Shown: positions 45,241 to 58,570 of the stretch, piece by piece
Layout: each line of letters starts with the position of its first letter
How positions within the stretch are numbered: position 1 is the first letter of the stretch
From: Chloroflexi bacterium ADurb.Bin180
GTDB lineage: Bacteria > Chloroflexota > Anaerolineae > UBA2200
Direction: 5' to 3'
Assembly (NCBI GenBank): GCA_002070215.1
Contig: MWCV01000002.1
Span: forward strand, 34,952-98,951
DNA: 64,000 nucleotides
Translations under genes and position numbers: made by a program
The notes under the pieces: generated by a model
Seen by the model: only the letters and a program-made list of their open reading frames with translations
Databases searched by the model: none
Told to the model about the DNA's origin: nothing

Positions 45241-47019
45241 ATGGCAGAACCAATCATCAAGGTCTCCGGTCTGACCTACTACTACCAGAACGAAGCAGCA
45301 CCGGCCCTCCGCGACGTCAACCTGGAGGTATATCCAGGCGAGTTCTTGCTCCTCATTGGCCCCAGCGGCTGCGGCAAGACCACTCTGGCCCTGGCGATGA
45401 ACGGCATCATCCCCCTGGTGATGGGCGGGCGCATCAAGGGCAGGGTATTCGTTGACGGCGTAGATACGCGCAGTAGTTCTGTCTACGAGCTGGGCACCAA
45501 GGTCGGCATCGTGTTCCAGGACCCCGACTCTCAATTGTGCAACCTGTATGTACAGGAAGAGGTCGGTTTCGGGCCAGCCAATCTCAAGATGCCGCGCGAT
45601 GAAATCCTGCGCCGCGTTGACGAGGCTCTGGCCCAGGTTGGCGAAAGCGCGATCAAGCACAAGCTCATCTATGAGATCTCCGGCGGCGAGAAGCACCGCG
45701 TCGCCATCGCTTCAATCCTGGCCATGAATCCCAGGATCATCATACTCGACGAACCAACTGCCAACCTGGACCCGCTCGGCGCCGTGGAAGTCTTTGGCCT
45801 GATGAAGCGGCTCAACCGGGAGTTGGGCGTCACCATCGTCGTCATCGAACACAATGTAGACCCGGTGATGTGTCATGCTGACCGAGTCGTTCTGATGGAG
45901 AATGGGACCGTAGTCTACGCCGGAGAGCCCCGCCAGGTTATCCAGGAGCGCGGACGATTCGTGATGGACACCATGGGCCTGCGCATTCCGCAGGTGTGCC
46001 AGCTTGCCCTGGCCCTGGCCGACAAGGGCGTCGACCTGGAGCCCTTCCCCTTGACCGTTGCTGAAGCAGCTCAGGCCCTCACCTCTCTGACACCCTGCCT
46101 CGAGTTCCATCCTGCGCCAGCACTGCCAGACAAACCAGCCGGCGAGGCAGTGATCATGACAGAGGGATTGAGCTTTGCTTATCCCAATGGCACGCAGGCC
46201 GTGAAGGACGTCTCGCTCGAGATCCATCGCGGCGACATTGTGAGTTTCATCGGCCAAAATGGTTCTGGCAAGACAACTCTGGCCTCACTCCTGGTCGGGC
46301 TGAACAAGCCTGCTACTGGCTCGGGCACGGTCTGCGGGCTGAGCCTTAGCGCAGCCAGCATCCGCGAGCTGACCAGCCACATCGGGTACGTATTTCAGTA
46401 CCCGGAGTATCAGTTCGTCGAGGACACGGTCTACAAAGAAGTGGCCTTTGGCTTGCAAGCTCAGCGGGTCCCGCCGGCTGAAATCGCCGCGCGAGTGACC
46501 AAGACCCTCAACCTGCTCGGGGTGGAAACGATGAAAGACAAACACCCCCTGCGACTCAGCATGGGCCAGAAGCGGCGGCTCAGTGTGGCCACCATGCTCA
46601 TCCTGGACACAGAGATCCTCATTCTGGACGAGCCAACCACGGGCCAGGATCGCAGGAACATTGACAACATCATGGAGATCATGTGTGCAGCCAACCGCAA
46701 GGGCACGACGATCATCCTCATCACCCACGATATGAACCTGGCCGTCCGGTACTCCACGAGATTCCTCGTGATGGACCAGGGAGAGCTCGTGTTTCAGGGC
46801 TCACGCAGCGAGTTCTTTCGCCAGTTTCGTCAGATTCGCTCCAGTGTTCTGGTGCTGCCAGAGGTCTACGAGCTCGCTGACAAACTACGCGAAAACGGGC
46901 TGACTCTGGTTCCCCAAGCCTACACCGTGCGTGACTTTGTTGACGCAGTGACGCTCTGCCAGCCGGAGAGACCCTCCACTGGGGCAGCGGCAACGGGTAC
47001 TGGCGGGGAGGCGGCATAG
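45241..47019 (+). CDS. ECF (energy-coupling factor) transporter ATPase, fused tandem ABC domains (EcfA1-EcfA2 / CbiO-type)
   Basis: Two Walker A boxes (GPSGCGKTT and GQNGSGKTT), two LSGG-type signatures (ISGGEKHR and LSMGQKRR) and two Walker B boxes (IIILDEPT and ILILDEPT). Confidence 0.9.
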   Translation: MAEPIIKVSGLTYYYQNEAAPALRDVNLEVYPGEFLLLIGPSGCGKTTLALAMNGIIPLVMGGRIKGRVFVDGVDTRSSSVYELGTKVGIVFQDPDSQLCNLYVQEEVGFGPANLKMPRDEILRRVDEALAQVGESAIKHKLIYEISGGEKHRVAIASILAMNPRIIILDEPTANLDPLGAVEVFGLMKRLNRELGVTIVVIEHNVDPVMCHADRVVLMENGTVVYAGEPRQVIQERGRFVMDTMGLRIPQVCQLALALADKGVDLEPFPLTVAEAAQALTSLTPCLEFHPAPALPDKPAGEAVIMTEGLSFAYPNGTQAVKDVSLEIHRGDIVSFIGQNGSGKTTLASLLVGLNKPATGSGTVCGLSLSAASIRELTSHIGYVFQYPEYQFVEDTVYKEVAFGLQAQRVPPAEIAARVTKTLNLLGVETMKDKHPLRLSMGQKRRLSVATMLILDTEILILDEPTTGQDRRNIDNIMEIMCAANRKGTTIILITHDMNLAVRYSTRFLVMDQGELVFQGSRSEFFRQFRQIRSSVLVLPEVYELADKLRENGLTLVPQAYTVRDFVDAVTLCQPERPSTGAAATGTGGEAA

Positions 47020-47820
47020 ATGACGCGCTTCACCTACCTCAAAGGCGACTCGTTCTTTCACCGTATGGATCCGGTCATGAAGATGATCTGGAACGTGGCC
47101 GTGCTTCTGGCAGCAGTATTCAACTTTGACCCGCGCTATTCCGCGGTGTGGTTCGTCTACTTGCTGGCGACGGCCATGTTCCTGGCCAACATCCCCTTCC
47201 GACAATTCGTCAAGAGCCTGTCGGCTTTCCTGGTGTTTGCCTTCTTTATCGCCTTCTGGAAGACGGTGTATTATGTGGGTGAAGCCCACGAGCTGCTGGT
47301 GTGGGGCCCATTCCGCATCACTCGCGAAGGGATGTTAGAAGGGGTCTCTGTGTTCTTTCGCGTGCTGGTTATCTGCAGCCTGTCGATCGTCTTTACCCTT
47401 ACCACGGATCCGAAGCGTATGGTCGACAGCCTGATTCAACTGGCCCACATCCCCTACCGCATCGGCTATGTCGCCTATGCAATGCTTCGCTTCATTCCAC
47501 TCTACGAGAACGAGGCGCAGGTCATTACCAACGCCCATATGATCCGCGGCGTCGGCGAAACAGGCCAAAGCCTCAAGTCGCAGTTCAAACTCTACAGCAC
47601 GCTGCTTGTCCCTCTGCTGGTGAGCGGCATCAGACGGGCTCAGGCAGCAGCCATTGCTATGGATAGCCGTGCCTTCGGTGCTTACGACACACGTACCAGC
47701 ATCGAGGAGGTCAGGGTTACCAGGGCCGACGTCGCGTTTGTGGCTGTTCATGTCCTGGTCTGCATTGCGGCCTTCTGGTATTTTGTCTGGCTCGGCCACG
47801 GAATCCGATACTACGGCTGA
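47020..47820 (+). CDS. ecfT: ECF transporter transmembrane T component (CbiQ/EcfT family)
   Basis: The ATG immediately follows the ATPase TAG. Multi-TM protein with the conserved EcfT-family Arg motifs (RFIP, GIRRA). Confidence 0.8.
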   Translation: MTRFTYLKGDSFFHRMDPVMKMIWNVAVLLAAVFNFDPRYSAVWFVYLLATAMFLANIPFRQFVKSLSAFLVFAFFIAFWKTVYYVGEAHELLVWGPFRITREGMLEGVSVFFRVLVICSLSIVFTLTTDPKRMVDSLIQLAHIPYRIGYVAYAMLRFIPLYENEAQVITNAHMIRGVGETGQSLKSQFKLYSTLLVPLLVSGIRRAQAAAIAMDSRAFGAYDTRTSIEEVRVTRADVAFVAVHVLVCIAAFWYFVWLGHGIRYYG

Positions 47821-47953
47821 GGCTGGACCAACGCAAAGAGAACGGAGGTTGCAGCAGCGAGACAGTTCTTGTCATTTCGCGTAGGATGCTTGGTAAGGCG
47901 GCTCGGGGCACGAACCGTTATTTAGCCCCGTTGTGATGAAAGGAGCAAGAGGC

Positions 47954-48544
47954 ATGTCCGAACAAGCTGGCAAGAAGAGATGGCTCTCCACAATGGACTT
48001 GTTGGTTATGGCAGCAGTTGGGGTTGTCGGCGCGGTCTTTAGCTCTCGCGTTTGGCCTCTGGCGATGAACTTTGCCAGGCCGTTGTTTGTTTTCCTTGGA
48101 ACACTGGGCTGGATCGGTGCCTCTGGCATCTATCTTATATGGCACGTCATCGTGGGCTGCCTGGTGGCCAAGGCGGGTACCGTCACCATCTACGGCGTCA
48201 TTCAGGGTTTCGTAGAAATGCTCTTTGGCAACCCGCTCGGAGTCACAGCCGTTGTCTCCAGTAGCCTCGAAGGGCTGGGCGTCGACCTCGGCATGGGCCT
48301 TTCCCGCTGGAAGCCAGCACTGCCAACGGTGATGCTCGGTGCGGGACTCGGCAATCTCTTTGTTGGTGAGATGTACATTTTCCTCTACCACATGAACACG
48401 ACGCGCTTTGTTGTCCAGGGCGGCATCACCGCCTTCATCAGCGGGGCAGTTCTGGGTGGTCTGGTCGGCTGGCTCATTGCCCAGGCACTCTACAAGACCG
48501 GCGTGGTGTCCAGGTTCGGTCTTACGGGCTACGAGGAGCTCTAG
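47954..48544 (+). CDS. ECF transporter substrate-specific S component (substrate unknown)
   Basis: ~197-aa six-TM protein directly downstream of ecfAT. Start at the ATG at 47954, 9 nt after an AAAGGAG SD. Confidence 0.65.
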   Translation: MSEQAGKKRWLSTMDLLVMAAVGVVGAVFSSRVWPLAMNFARPLFVFLGTLGWIGASGIYLIWHVIVGCLVAKAGTVTIYGVIQGFVEMLFGNPLGVTAVVSSSLEGLGVDLGMGLSRWKPALPTVMLGAGLGNLFVGEMYIFLYHMNTTRFVVQGGITAFISGAVLGGLVGWLIAQALYKTGVVSRFGLTGYEEL

Positions 48545-48582
48545 CAGGTCTATTCCTGGATGGTTCTAGGGGCAGCGATCGT

Positions 48583-49650
48583 CTAGCGCTGAACAATCAG
48601 CCGCATCACGTCCGTGTCCCTTGCGCCCATGTCGTACTTGTAGCGTTCGTTACCTTGCAGGAAATCGATCTTCTTGCGCCCGACCTCGATGGCATCTCGA
48701 ACCAGATAGCCCAGCAGCACGATGCCCGGCGTTAGCGAGCCGTATCGGCGCAGATCAAAGCCCGAGTTGTAGACCAGCCGGTCACCACCGTAATCAAAGC
48801 AGAGGTAGCTGGCCACTGGTTCGCCATTGTACTCGAGCAGTGCCAGACGAAGCCAGTCCCTTTCCAGAGCCGCTGCTGCTGCGCTACGGAAGAAGCCTTG
48901 CATACGCTTATCCATGAACGCTTCCTTCTCAGGATGGCTCGCTTTGTGCAGGCGGAAGAAGGTCTCCAGGCCAGCCGCGAAACCAGCCGCATCGACCCAC
49001 TGCCAGGCAACCTTGACCTCCTCCTCCGCCCGCCGCACCTTGCGTCGCAGTTCGTGGCGCTGCTTCTTGTCTAGCCTGACCGCCAGATACTCATCCCAGG
49101 TCGACGGGAGTTCGATTTGCGGACAAACGTCCTCTTTCGACAGATGGACCTTCCAGCCGTTCTCCTGCGCAATGGCCGGCACAGAGACTAGGGTCGGCGA
49201 AGCGGCAGGAATGCAGTTCAAGTCAAGGATCTCCCATTCAGCCGCCTCCAGAGCATCCAGAACTTGTCGCCACACCATCTGGTTGTCCTGCCCCGAAGAC
49301 AGCACGTCGAGATAGTCCGAGACCTCTGTGCCGCCAATCAAATGAGCAACGCGCTTGCCGACGCTCCCGCTGACAACCAGCGGATTCTCGACACTGATGC
49401 TCGGCACGGCTGCACGCGGATCGATTTCGGCCTGCCAGAGGAAAAGCGGGGCAATTCCTGTGAGCTTGCCCTGGACATCGCGGACGGTGATAATGCGCAG
49501 CTCTTTGCCCTGGCCAAAGGTCTCCCACCAGACGCGCTGCCACTCCCAGGTCAGGAACAGGCTGTTCGTTGCGCACTGAGGAAGCAGAGCTTGCCACGCT
49601 TTCTGCAGGCCATCAAACTCGCCGAGTTCATCAATTACCGAGACGCTCAT
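48583..49650 (-). CDS. FemAB/BioF2-like GNAT acyltransferase (Acetyltransf_6 / CelD-like family)
   Basis: LFLTWEWQRVWWETFG N-terminal signature of the FemAB-like/CelD family. I chose the ATG at 49648-49650 (MSVSVIDEL..) with AGAGAGG upstream. It sits 16 nt downstream of the HDAC gene. Confidence 0.7.
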   Translation of the reverse strand: MSVSVIDELGEFDGLQKAWQALLPQCATNSLFLTWEWQRVWWETFGQGKELRIITVRDVQGKLTGIAPLFLWQAEIDPRAAVPSISVENPLVVSGSVGKRVAHLIGGTEVSDYLDVLSSGQDNQMVWRQVLDALEAAEWEILDLNCIPAASPTLVSVPAIAQENGWKVHLSKEDVCPQIELPSTWDEYLAVRLDKKQRHELRRKVRRAEEEVKVAWQWVDAAGFAAGLETFFRLHKASHPEKEAFMDKRMQGFFRSAAAAALERDWLRLALLEYNGEPVASYLCFDYGGDRLVYNSGFDLRRYGSLTPGIVLLGYLVRDAIEVGRKKIDFLQGNERYKYDMGARDTDVMRLIVQR

Positions 49651-49666
49651 CCTCTCTTGCTCCGCA

Positions 49667-50719
49667 CTACAAATGGTGAACCCGACGCACGTTGGCAATG
49701 ACGTCTTCTATCTCGACCTCGCGCTGACGAGCCGCACCAAGGGGATCGGAGATGCTCGAGTCGCCCAGCAGAACGGCGAACGTCGCGGCAACCCCGGCAG
49801 CCAGCGCCGGAAGGTTGTACCCACCCTCCAGACTCAGCACGAGGCGGCCCTCACACAGTTCCCCGGCCAGGTCCTTCACGGTGCGGGTCATGGCAGCGAA
49901 ACCCGCTACCGAAACGAGCTGCATGGCCAGCGGGTCCGCCCAGTGTGCGTCGTACCCCGCAGACACCAGCACCAATTGCGGCCGATAACGGCGCGTGGCC
50001 GGCCCAATAATTTCTCGGAATACCCGCGCATAGCCTGCGTCACCCACCCCAGCCGGCAAGGGTACGTTGACCGTATATCCCTCACCACTGCCCCGGCCTG
50101 TCTCCTGCCAGTGCCCGGTTCCGGGGTAAAAGGGATAGTGGTGCACTGAGACGTACAGGACAGAAGGATCTTCGTAGAACGCATCCTGTGTCCCATTTCC
50201 ATGATGCACATCCCAGTCGACGATCAGCACCCGCTCCAACCCGTAGACCTGCTGAGCGTATCGCGCCGCGATGGCCACGTTGTTGAACAGGCAGAAACCC
50301 ATGGCCCGATTGGCCACCGCATGGTGGCCAGGAGGCCGCACCAGGGCGAACGCGCTTGAGCAGTGCCCCGCCATCACCGAGTCCACTGCCGACAGTACTC
50401 CGCCGACAGCACGAACCGCAGCAGCATAGGAGTACGGTCCCAGGTATGTGTCAGGGTCGAGCCACGACATGGGCCGGGCTGACGACAAGCGGAGTTGCTC
50501 AATGTACGCAGGGCGATGCACCAGACCGATCTCTGCCGGCGTTGCATCGCGTGCGGCTATCGGCACCAGTCTCGAAACCAGACCAGACGCACTCAGATTC
50601 CGTGTGATCTCATCCAGCCGACGCCGGTTCTCAGCGTGCCCTGGCTCGTCATGCTGGAGGTAGAGCGAGTCAAGCACCAGGCCGGTACTGGCTCGAGTTG
50701 GGTGGTCCGATTGCGCCAT
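49667..50719 (-). CDS. Histone-deacetylase-family (arginase/deacetylase fold) enzyme, AcuC/Aph-like
   Basis: DWDVHHGNGTQ, the Zn/active-site region. I chose the ATG at 50717-50719 (MAQSDHPT..) with AGGAG 9 nt upstream. The ORF track extends it to 50806. Confidence 0.8.
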   Translation of the reverse strand: MAQSDHPTRASTGLVLDSLYLQHDEPGHAENRRRLDEITRNLSASGLVSRLVPIAARDATPAEIGLVHRPAYIEQLRLSSARPMSWLDPDTYLGPYSYAAAVRAVGGVLSAVDSVMAGHCSSAFALVRPPGHHAVANRAMGFCLFNNVAIAARYAQQVYGLERVLIVDWDVHHGNGTQDAFYEDPSVLYVSVHHYPFYPGTGHWQETGRGSGEGYTVNVPLPAGVGDAGYARVFREIIGPATRRYRPQLVLVSAGYDAHWADPLAMQLVSVAGFAAMTRTVKDLAGELCEGRLVLSLEGGYNLPALAAGVAATFAVLLGDSSISDPLGAARQREVEIEDVIANVRRVHHL

Positions 50720-50763
50720 AGCACTCTGCTCCTGTTCCAAGGAGGGCCATGCCCGGGTGGTGG

Positions 50764-53700
50764 TCAACCCGTGAGAGGCTGCTGCTTCCTGCGGTTGGGC
50801 AGCCACAACTGACCAACCGGTTGCGGGGTCGGAGTCTCTTTCTTCTCTTCTTTCGGCTTGTGAATGGTGTAGATGCGCACCTTTTCGCTCTCGGTCTTGT
50901 TACCTGCCGAGTCGTAGCCGATCACATGTACGAGGTGCGTCTCTGTGTAGCCCGCCGTGTCCGATATCACACCAAAGCCCGAAGTGAGGACTGCAGTTCT
51001 GGTGATCACATGCATATCGGTAATGGAACGCGTAATGGTAATCACCCGCCCGTCAAACCACGTCTGGGCCTCGATGTACAGGTCGCCAGTAGTTATGACG
51101 GCGGTGCTGCTGATCACCAGAGGATCAACGCTCAGGGCCGGGAGTGTATTCGTCAGAGCAATAGTCCATTTCTTGGTGAACGGGGCAACAGTACTGTATC
51201 CGATCTGCTGACCGTCCAGGAAGAACTCGACCCGGTCCATTGAGTAGTTATCGACCGCGTCCACCTGGATGTTGACCCACTCATCGCTCTCCAGAGTGTA
51301 CACCGCGTTCTCGAGGGGATGAATGATCTCCACTTTCGGCGCGGTGTTGTCGACAATGGCTTGTACACGCGAGGACCGATAGTTGCCGCTTCCTTCAACT
51401 ACTACTAGCTCCAGCGTGTAGAGACCATCCTTGAGCTGACTCACATCCCAGTATTCCAGGATATTGTTGTCCACGCGGTCATAGTGGTCCCCGCCAATAG
51501 GAACCCACGCTGAGGGCGACATTCCCGACCCATAGCGGACCTGGTAGAGCCGAAAGTCGCCCGGACGCGCGTTGCCCCAGATGGGCACCACGCCCGTTAC
51601 CTGCGAGTACAGCGCAGGCCGGGTGATCGCTATGTCGGCCGTCGTAGCGCTCGGGCCGTGCAAGTCGCAATACTCGGTCGGAGGTTGCGGGATCTGGCTT
51701 TCACGCACCCAATCGCTCGCCTCGGCAGGATAGACCTCGAATACCTGCTCCACCGTCGTCTCGGGCGGGCAGAAGGCCGTGGCCCTCTTGCCAGACACCT
51801 GACAGATTCTGACCGGCACGTGCACATCGTCCGACTTGGTTGGTGCGTTGCCCTGGATAAAGATATCCTTCACCTTGCGCGGCGAGTACTGTGTCGGCAG
51901 CAGACCAGAGGTTGCGTCCACTTCGACACGCTCCAGGCCATCTGGCGGCACGAACTTGGACGCCGGCACCCGCTGCAGCAGCCAGTCCATGACCCCGCGC
52001 CAGATCGGTCCCGCACCACGGCTACCTGGCATGTTCTCCATCGCCGTGTTGTCGCTATTGCCAACCCACACACCAACCACCAGTCGATTCGTATACCCAA
52101 TAGTCCAGGCGTCGCGATAGTCGTTTGTGCTACCCGTCTTGACCGCCACGTCGGGCCCCATCTGGATCGGACTGTCCCAGGCAAAGGTCAACGTACGGGC
52201 GCGGCTGTCCGAGAGCACGTCGGTGATGAGATAGGCCAGTTGAGGACGCAGCACCTCGGTGCGCTGTGGCTCATCGTGCTCATAGACGACTTGCCCCTGC
52301 GAATCCTCGATTCGTAGTATGGACACGGGATTCAGCGTTCGGAAGCCGGGCTTGAGCTGGCCCGTCGCCACAGGCTCGCCCACCATCTGTCCCTGATTGG
52401 CAAAGACACTGTAGGCATAGGCCAGGTCGAGCAGCGTGACCTCACCGCCGCCAAGAGTCAGGCTCAGCCCGTAGAACGGGCGGGTCAGAGTGTTGATGCC
52501 CATGCGGTGCGCCGTCTCAAGCACATTCTTCACGCCGACCTGATAAAGCATGGCTACCGCTGGAACATTGAGCGAGTTGCCGAGGGCCGTTCTCAACGAA
52601 ACCGGGCCGCGGAACTTGCGGTCGTTGTTCTCCGGCACATAGGGCGGGTTGGGATCATCGGGGAAACTGGTGCGAACATCCATCACCATCGAGGCCGGCG
52701 AATAGCCCTGCGCGAAAGCCGTGACATAGGTGAAGGGTTTGAACGACGAGCCAGGCTGCCGCTCGGAGGTAGCCACATTGACCTGTCCGGAGATCTTGGA
52801 GTCAAAGTAGTTCAGACTGCCAACCATGCACAGGATCTCGCCAGTCTGCGCGTCGATCACCACTACGGCGGCGTTGTGAACCTTGTGTTTCTCGCTCACC
52901 GTGGCGATATGCTCTCGTGCGATCCGCTCCGCTTCATTCTGCAGCTCCAGGTCCAGCGAGGTGATAACCTTGAGCCCTCCGCGGTACACGGCGTCCAGGC
53001 CAAAGCGGTCCTCAAGCTGCTTGCGCACGTACATCACCCAGTGCGGTGCCACAATCTCGTAGGGCTTGGAGACAATGGTCAGCTTTTCCTGCTTGGCGTT
53101 CCAGGCTTCCTCTGCCGTGATGTAGCCTTGCAGGTACATCTGATCGAGAACGATCGCCTGGCGGGCCTTGGCCGCCTCCAGGTCATCGATGGGGTTCAGT
53201 GACGGCGCGTTGGGCAGGTGAGCGAGCATGGCTGACTCGGCCAGGTCGAGCTCCCACACATGCTTTCCAAAGTAAAACTCGGAAGCCGCCTCCACGCCAT
53301 TGGGAAAACCGTAAGACACCAGGTTCAGGTACCACTCGAGAATGCGGTCCTTGCCCTCAACACCGGGGAACCTTCGGCTCAGCTCAAAGGCCAGGATGAC
53401 CTCTTTGATCTTGCGGTCATAGCTGCGTGTGTAGCGCTCTTCGGAAGTCATCACCACGTTGCGTACGAGCTGTTGTGCAATCGAGCTCCCGCCCTGCACT
53501 GGCAACCCGCGCAGGTTGTTGATGAACGAACGGAATAATCCACTGATGTTGATCCCGTAGGGGTTCTCATAGAACGAGCGGTCTTCCAGCGCGATGGTCG
53601 CGTAGCGCAAGTACTCGGGGATTTGATGCAGGGGCACAACAGTTCGTGCCCCCTCTTCAGGGGGCACGATTTCGTACAAGAGCTTTTCGCCAGTTCGGTC

Positions 53701-53931
53701 ATAGACCTTGGTGCTCTTGAATGAGGACATCGCGGTCTTACCGAACTCCTCGGCCGATGGCAATTGCTGGCTGTAGTAAGCGTACACCGCGAACGCGCCG
53801 CCGGCGCCCGCGGCGACCAGCAACACACCGCTGAGCATCAGGCCCAGCAGCAGAACGCTCAGCCACTGAAAGACCGGGCGGGGCTTTTTTTGCTGCAACT
53901 GACGCAGCTTGTACGCTTTCCAGGAATTCAT
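50764..53931 (-). CDS. Class A penicillin-binding protein (PBP1A-type bifunctional transglycosylase/transpeptidase) with a ~330-aa C-terminal extension of Ig-like/beta-sandwich modules
   Basis: N-terminal TM anchor. GT51 motifs (ALEDRSFYENPYG, GGSSIAQQL). Transpeptidase motifs SSFKPF, SLN and KTGST. The C-terminal region (nt 50764-~51774) contains repeated beta-rich modules. Confidence 0.88.
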   Translation of the reverse strand: MNSWKAYKLRQLQQKKPRPVFQWLSVLLLGLMLSGVLLVAAGAGGAFAVYAYYSQQLPSAEEFGKTAMSSFKSTKVYDRTGEKLLYEIVPPEEGARTVVPLHQIPEYLRYATIALEDRSFYENPYGINISGLFRSFINNLRGLPVQGGSSIAQQLVRNVVMTSEERYTRSYDRKIKEVILAFELSRRFPGVEGKDRILEWYLNLVSYGFPNGVEAASEFYFGKHVWELDLAESAMLAHLPNAPSLNPIDDLEAAKARQAIVLDQMYLQGYITAEEAWNAKQEKLTIVSKPYEIVAPHWVMYVRKQLEDRFGLDAVYRGGLKVITSLDLELQNEAERIAREHIATVSEKHKVHNAAVVVIDAQTGEILCMVGSLNYFDSKISGQVNVATSERQPGSSFKPFTYVTAFAQGYSPASMVMDVRTSFPDDPNPPYVPENNDRKFRGPVSLRTALGNSLNVPAVAMLYQVGVKNVLETAHRMGINTLTRPFYGLSLTLGGGEVTLLDLAYAYSVFANQGQMVGEPVATGQLKPGFRTLNPVSILRIEDSQGQVVYEHDEPQRTEVLRPQLAYLITDVLSDSRARTLTFAWDSPIQMGPDVAVKTGSTNDYRDAWTIGYTNRLVVGVWVGNSDNTAMENMPGSRGAGPIWRGVMDWLLQRVPASKFVPPDGLERVEVDATSGLLPTQYSPRKVKDIFIQGNAPTKSDDVHVPVRICQVSGKRATAFCPPETTVEQVFEVYPAEASDWVRESQIPQPPTEYCDLHGPSATTADIAITRPALYSQVTGVVPIWGNARPGDFRLYQVRYGSGMSPSAWVPIGGDHYDRVDNNILEYWDVSQLKDGLYTLELVVVEGSGNYRSSRVQAIVDNTAPKVEIIHPLENAVYTLESDEWVNIQVDAVDNYSMDRVEFFLDGQQIGYSTVAPFTKKWTIALTNTLPALSVDPLVISSTAVITTGDLYIEAQTWFDGRVITITRSITDMHVITRTAVLTSGFGVISDTAGYTETHLVHVIGYDSAGNKTESEKVRIYTIHKPKEEKKETPTPQPVGQLWLPNRRKQQPLTG

Positions 53932-53953
53932 CTAGATCAGGCGTGCTCCCGCG

Positions 53954-58306
<4,353 letters not shown>

Positions 58307-58540
58307 TCGCGTTCCTCCTACGGACAGCAAAAAAGCTCGGGTTTCCTCCGTCCGCTGAACCGCCTCGCCTCATCCGTGGCGTCATAGACCGGAGACAAAA
58401 ACCGAGACCTTTCTCGCTGCTATCTAGGGATTACGATCGACACATCTCGTTGAATGCTGGGGACGCTGAACTTGTGGCAGGCTCCCATTGTGCCTCCTAG
58501 TCCTCCCAGATCCCCCGAGAGGCTGCTAGCCAAGCTAGCC

Positions 58541-58569
58541 ATTCTATAGCATTCTGGCCCGGCTGTCAA
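58541..58569 (-). promoter_or_regulatory. Near-consensus sigma70 promoter for rpoC (minus strand: TTGACA-17-TAGAAT) with a ~230-nt leader
   Basis: The complement of TTGACA is at 58564-58569 and of TAGAAT at 58541-58546. It lies directly after the LarA-like stop. The leader contains GCTAGC repeats and a U6 tract 20 nt before the SD. Confidence 0.45.
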
Positions 58570-58570
58570 A

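Noticed and set aside
53885-53891. T7/A7 homopolymer inside the PBP1A N-terminal coding region (QQKKPRP), considered as a slippage site like the A10 in the ChlI-like gene
   Set aside because: Both alternative frames hit stops within a few codons, and the in-frame protein is complete and canonical.
58307-58330. TTG start (MLSVGGTR) for rpoC
   Set aside because: AGGAGG sits inside this extension, 6 nt before a GTG ([17 protein letters not shown]), which aligns with the conserved beta' N-terminus.
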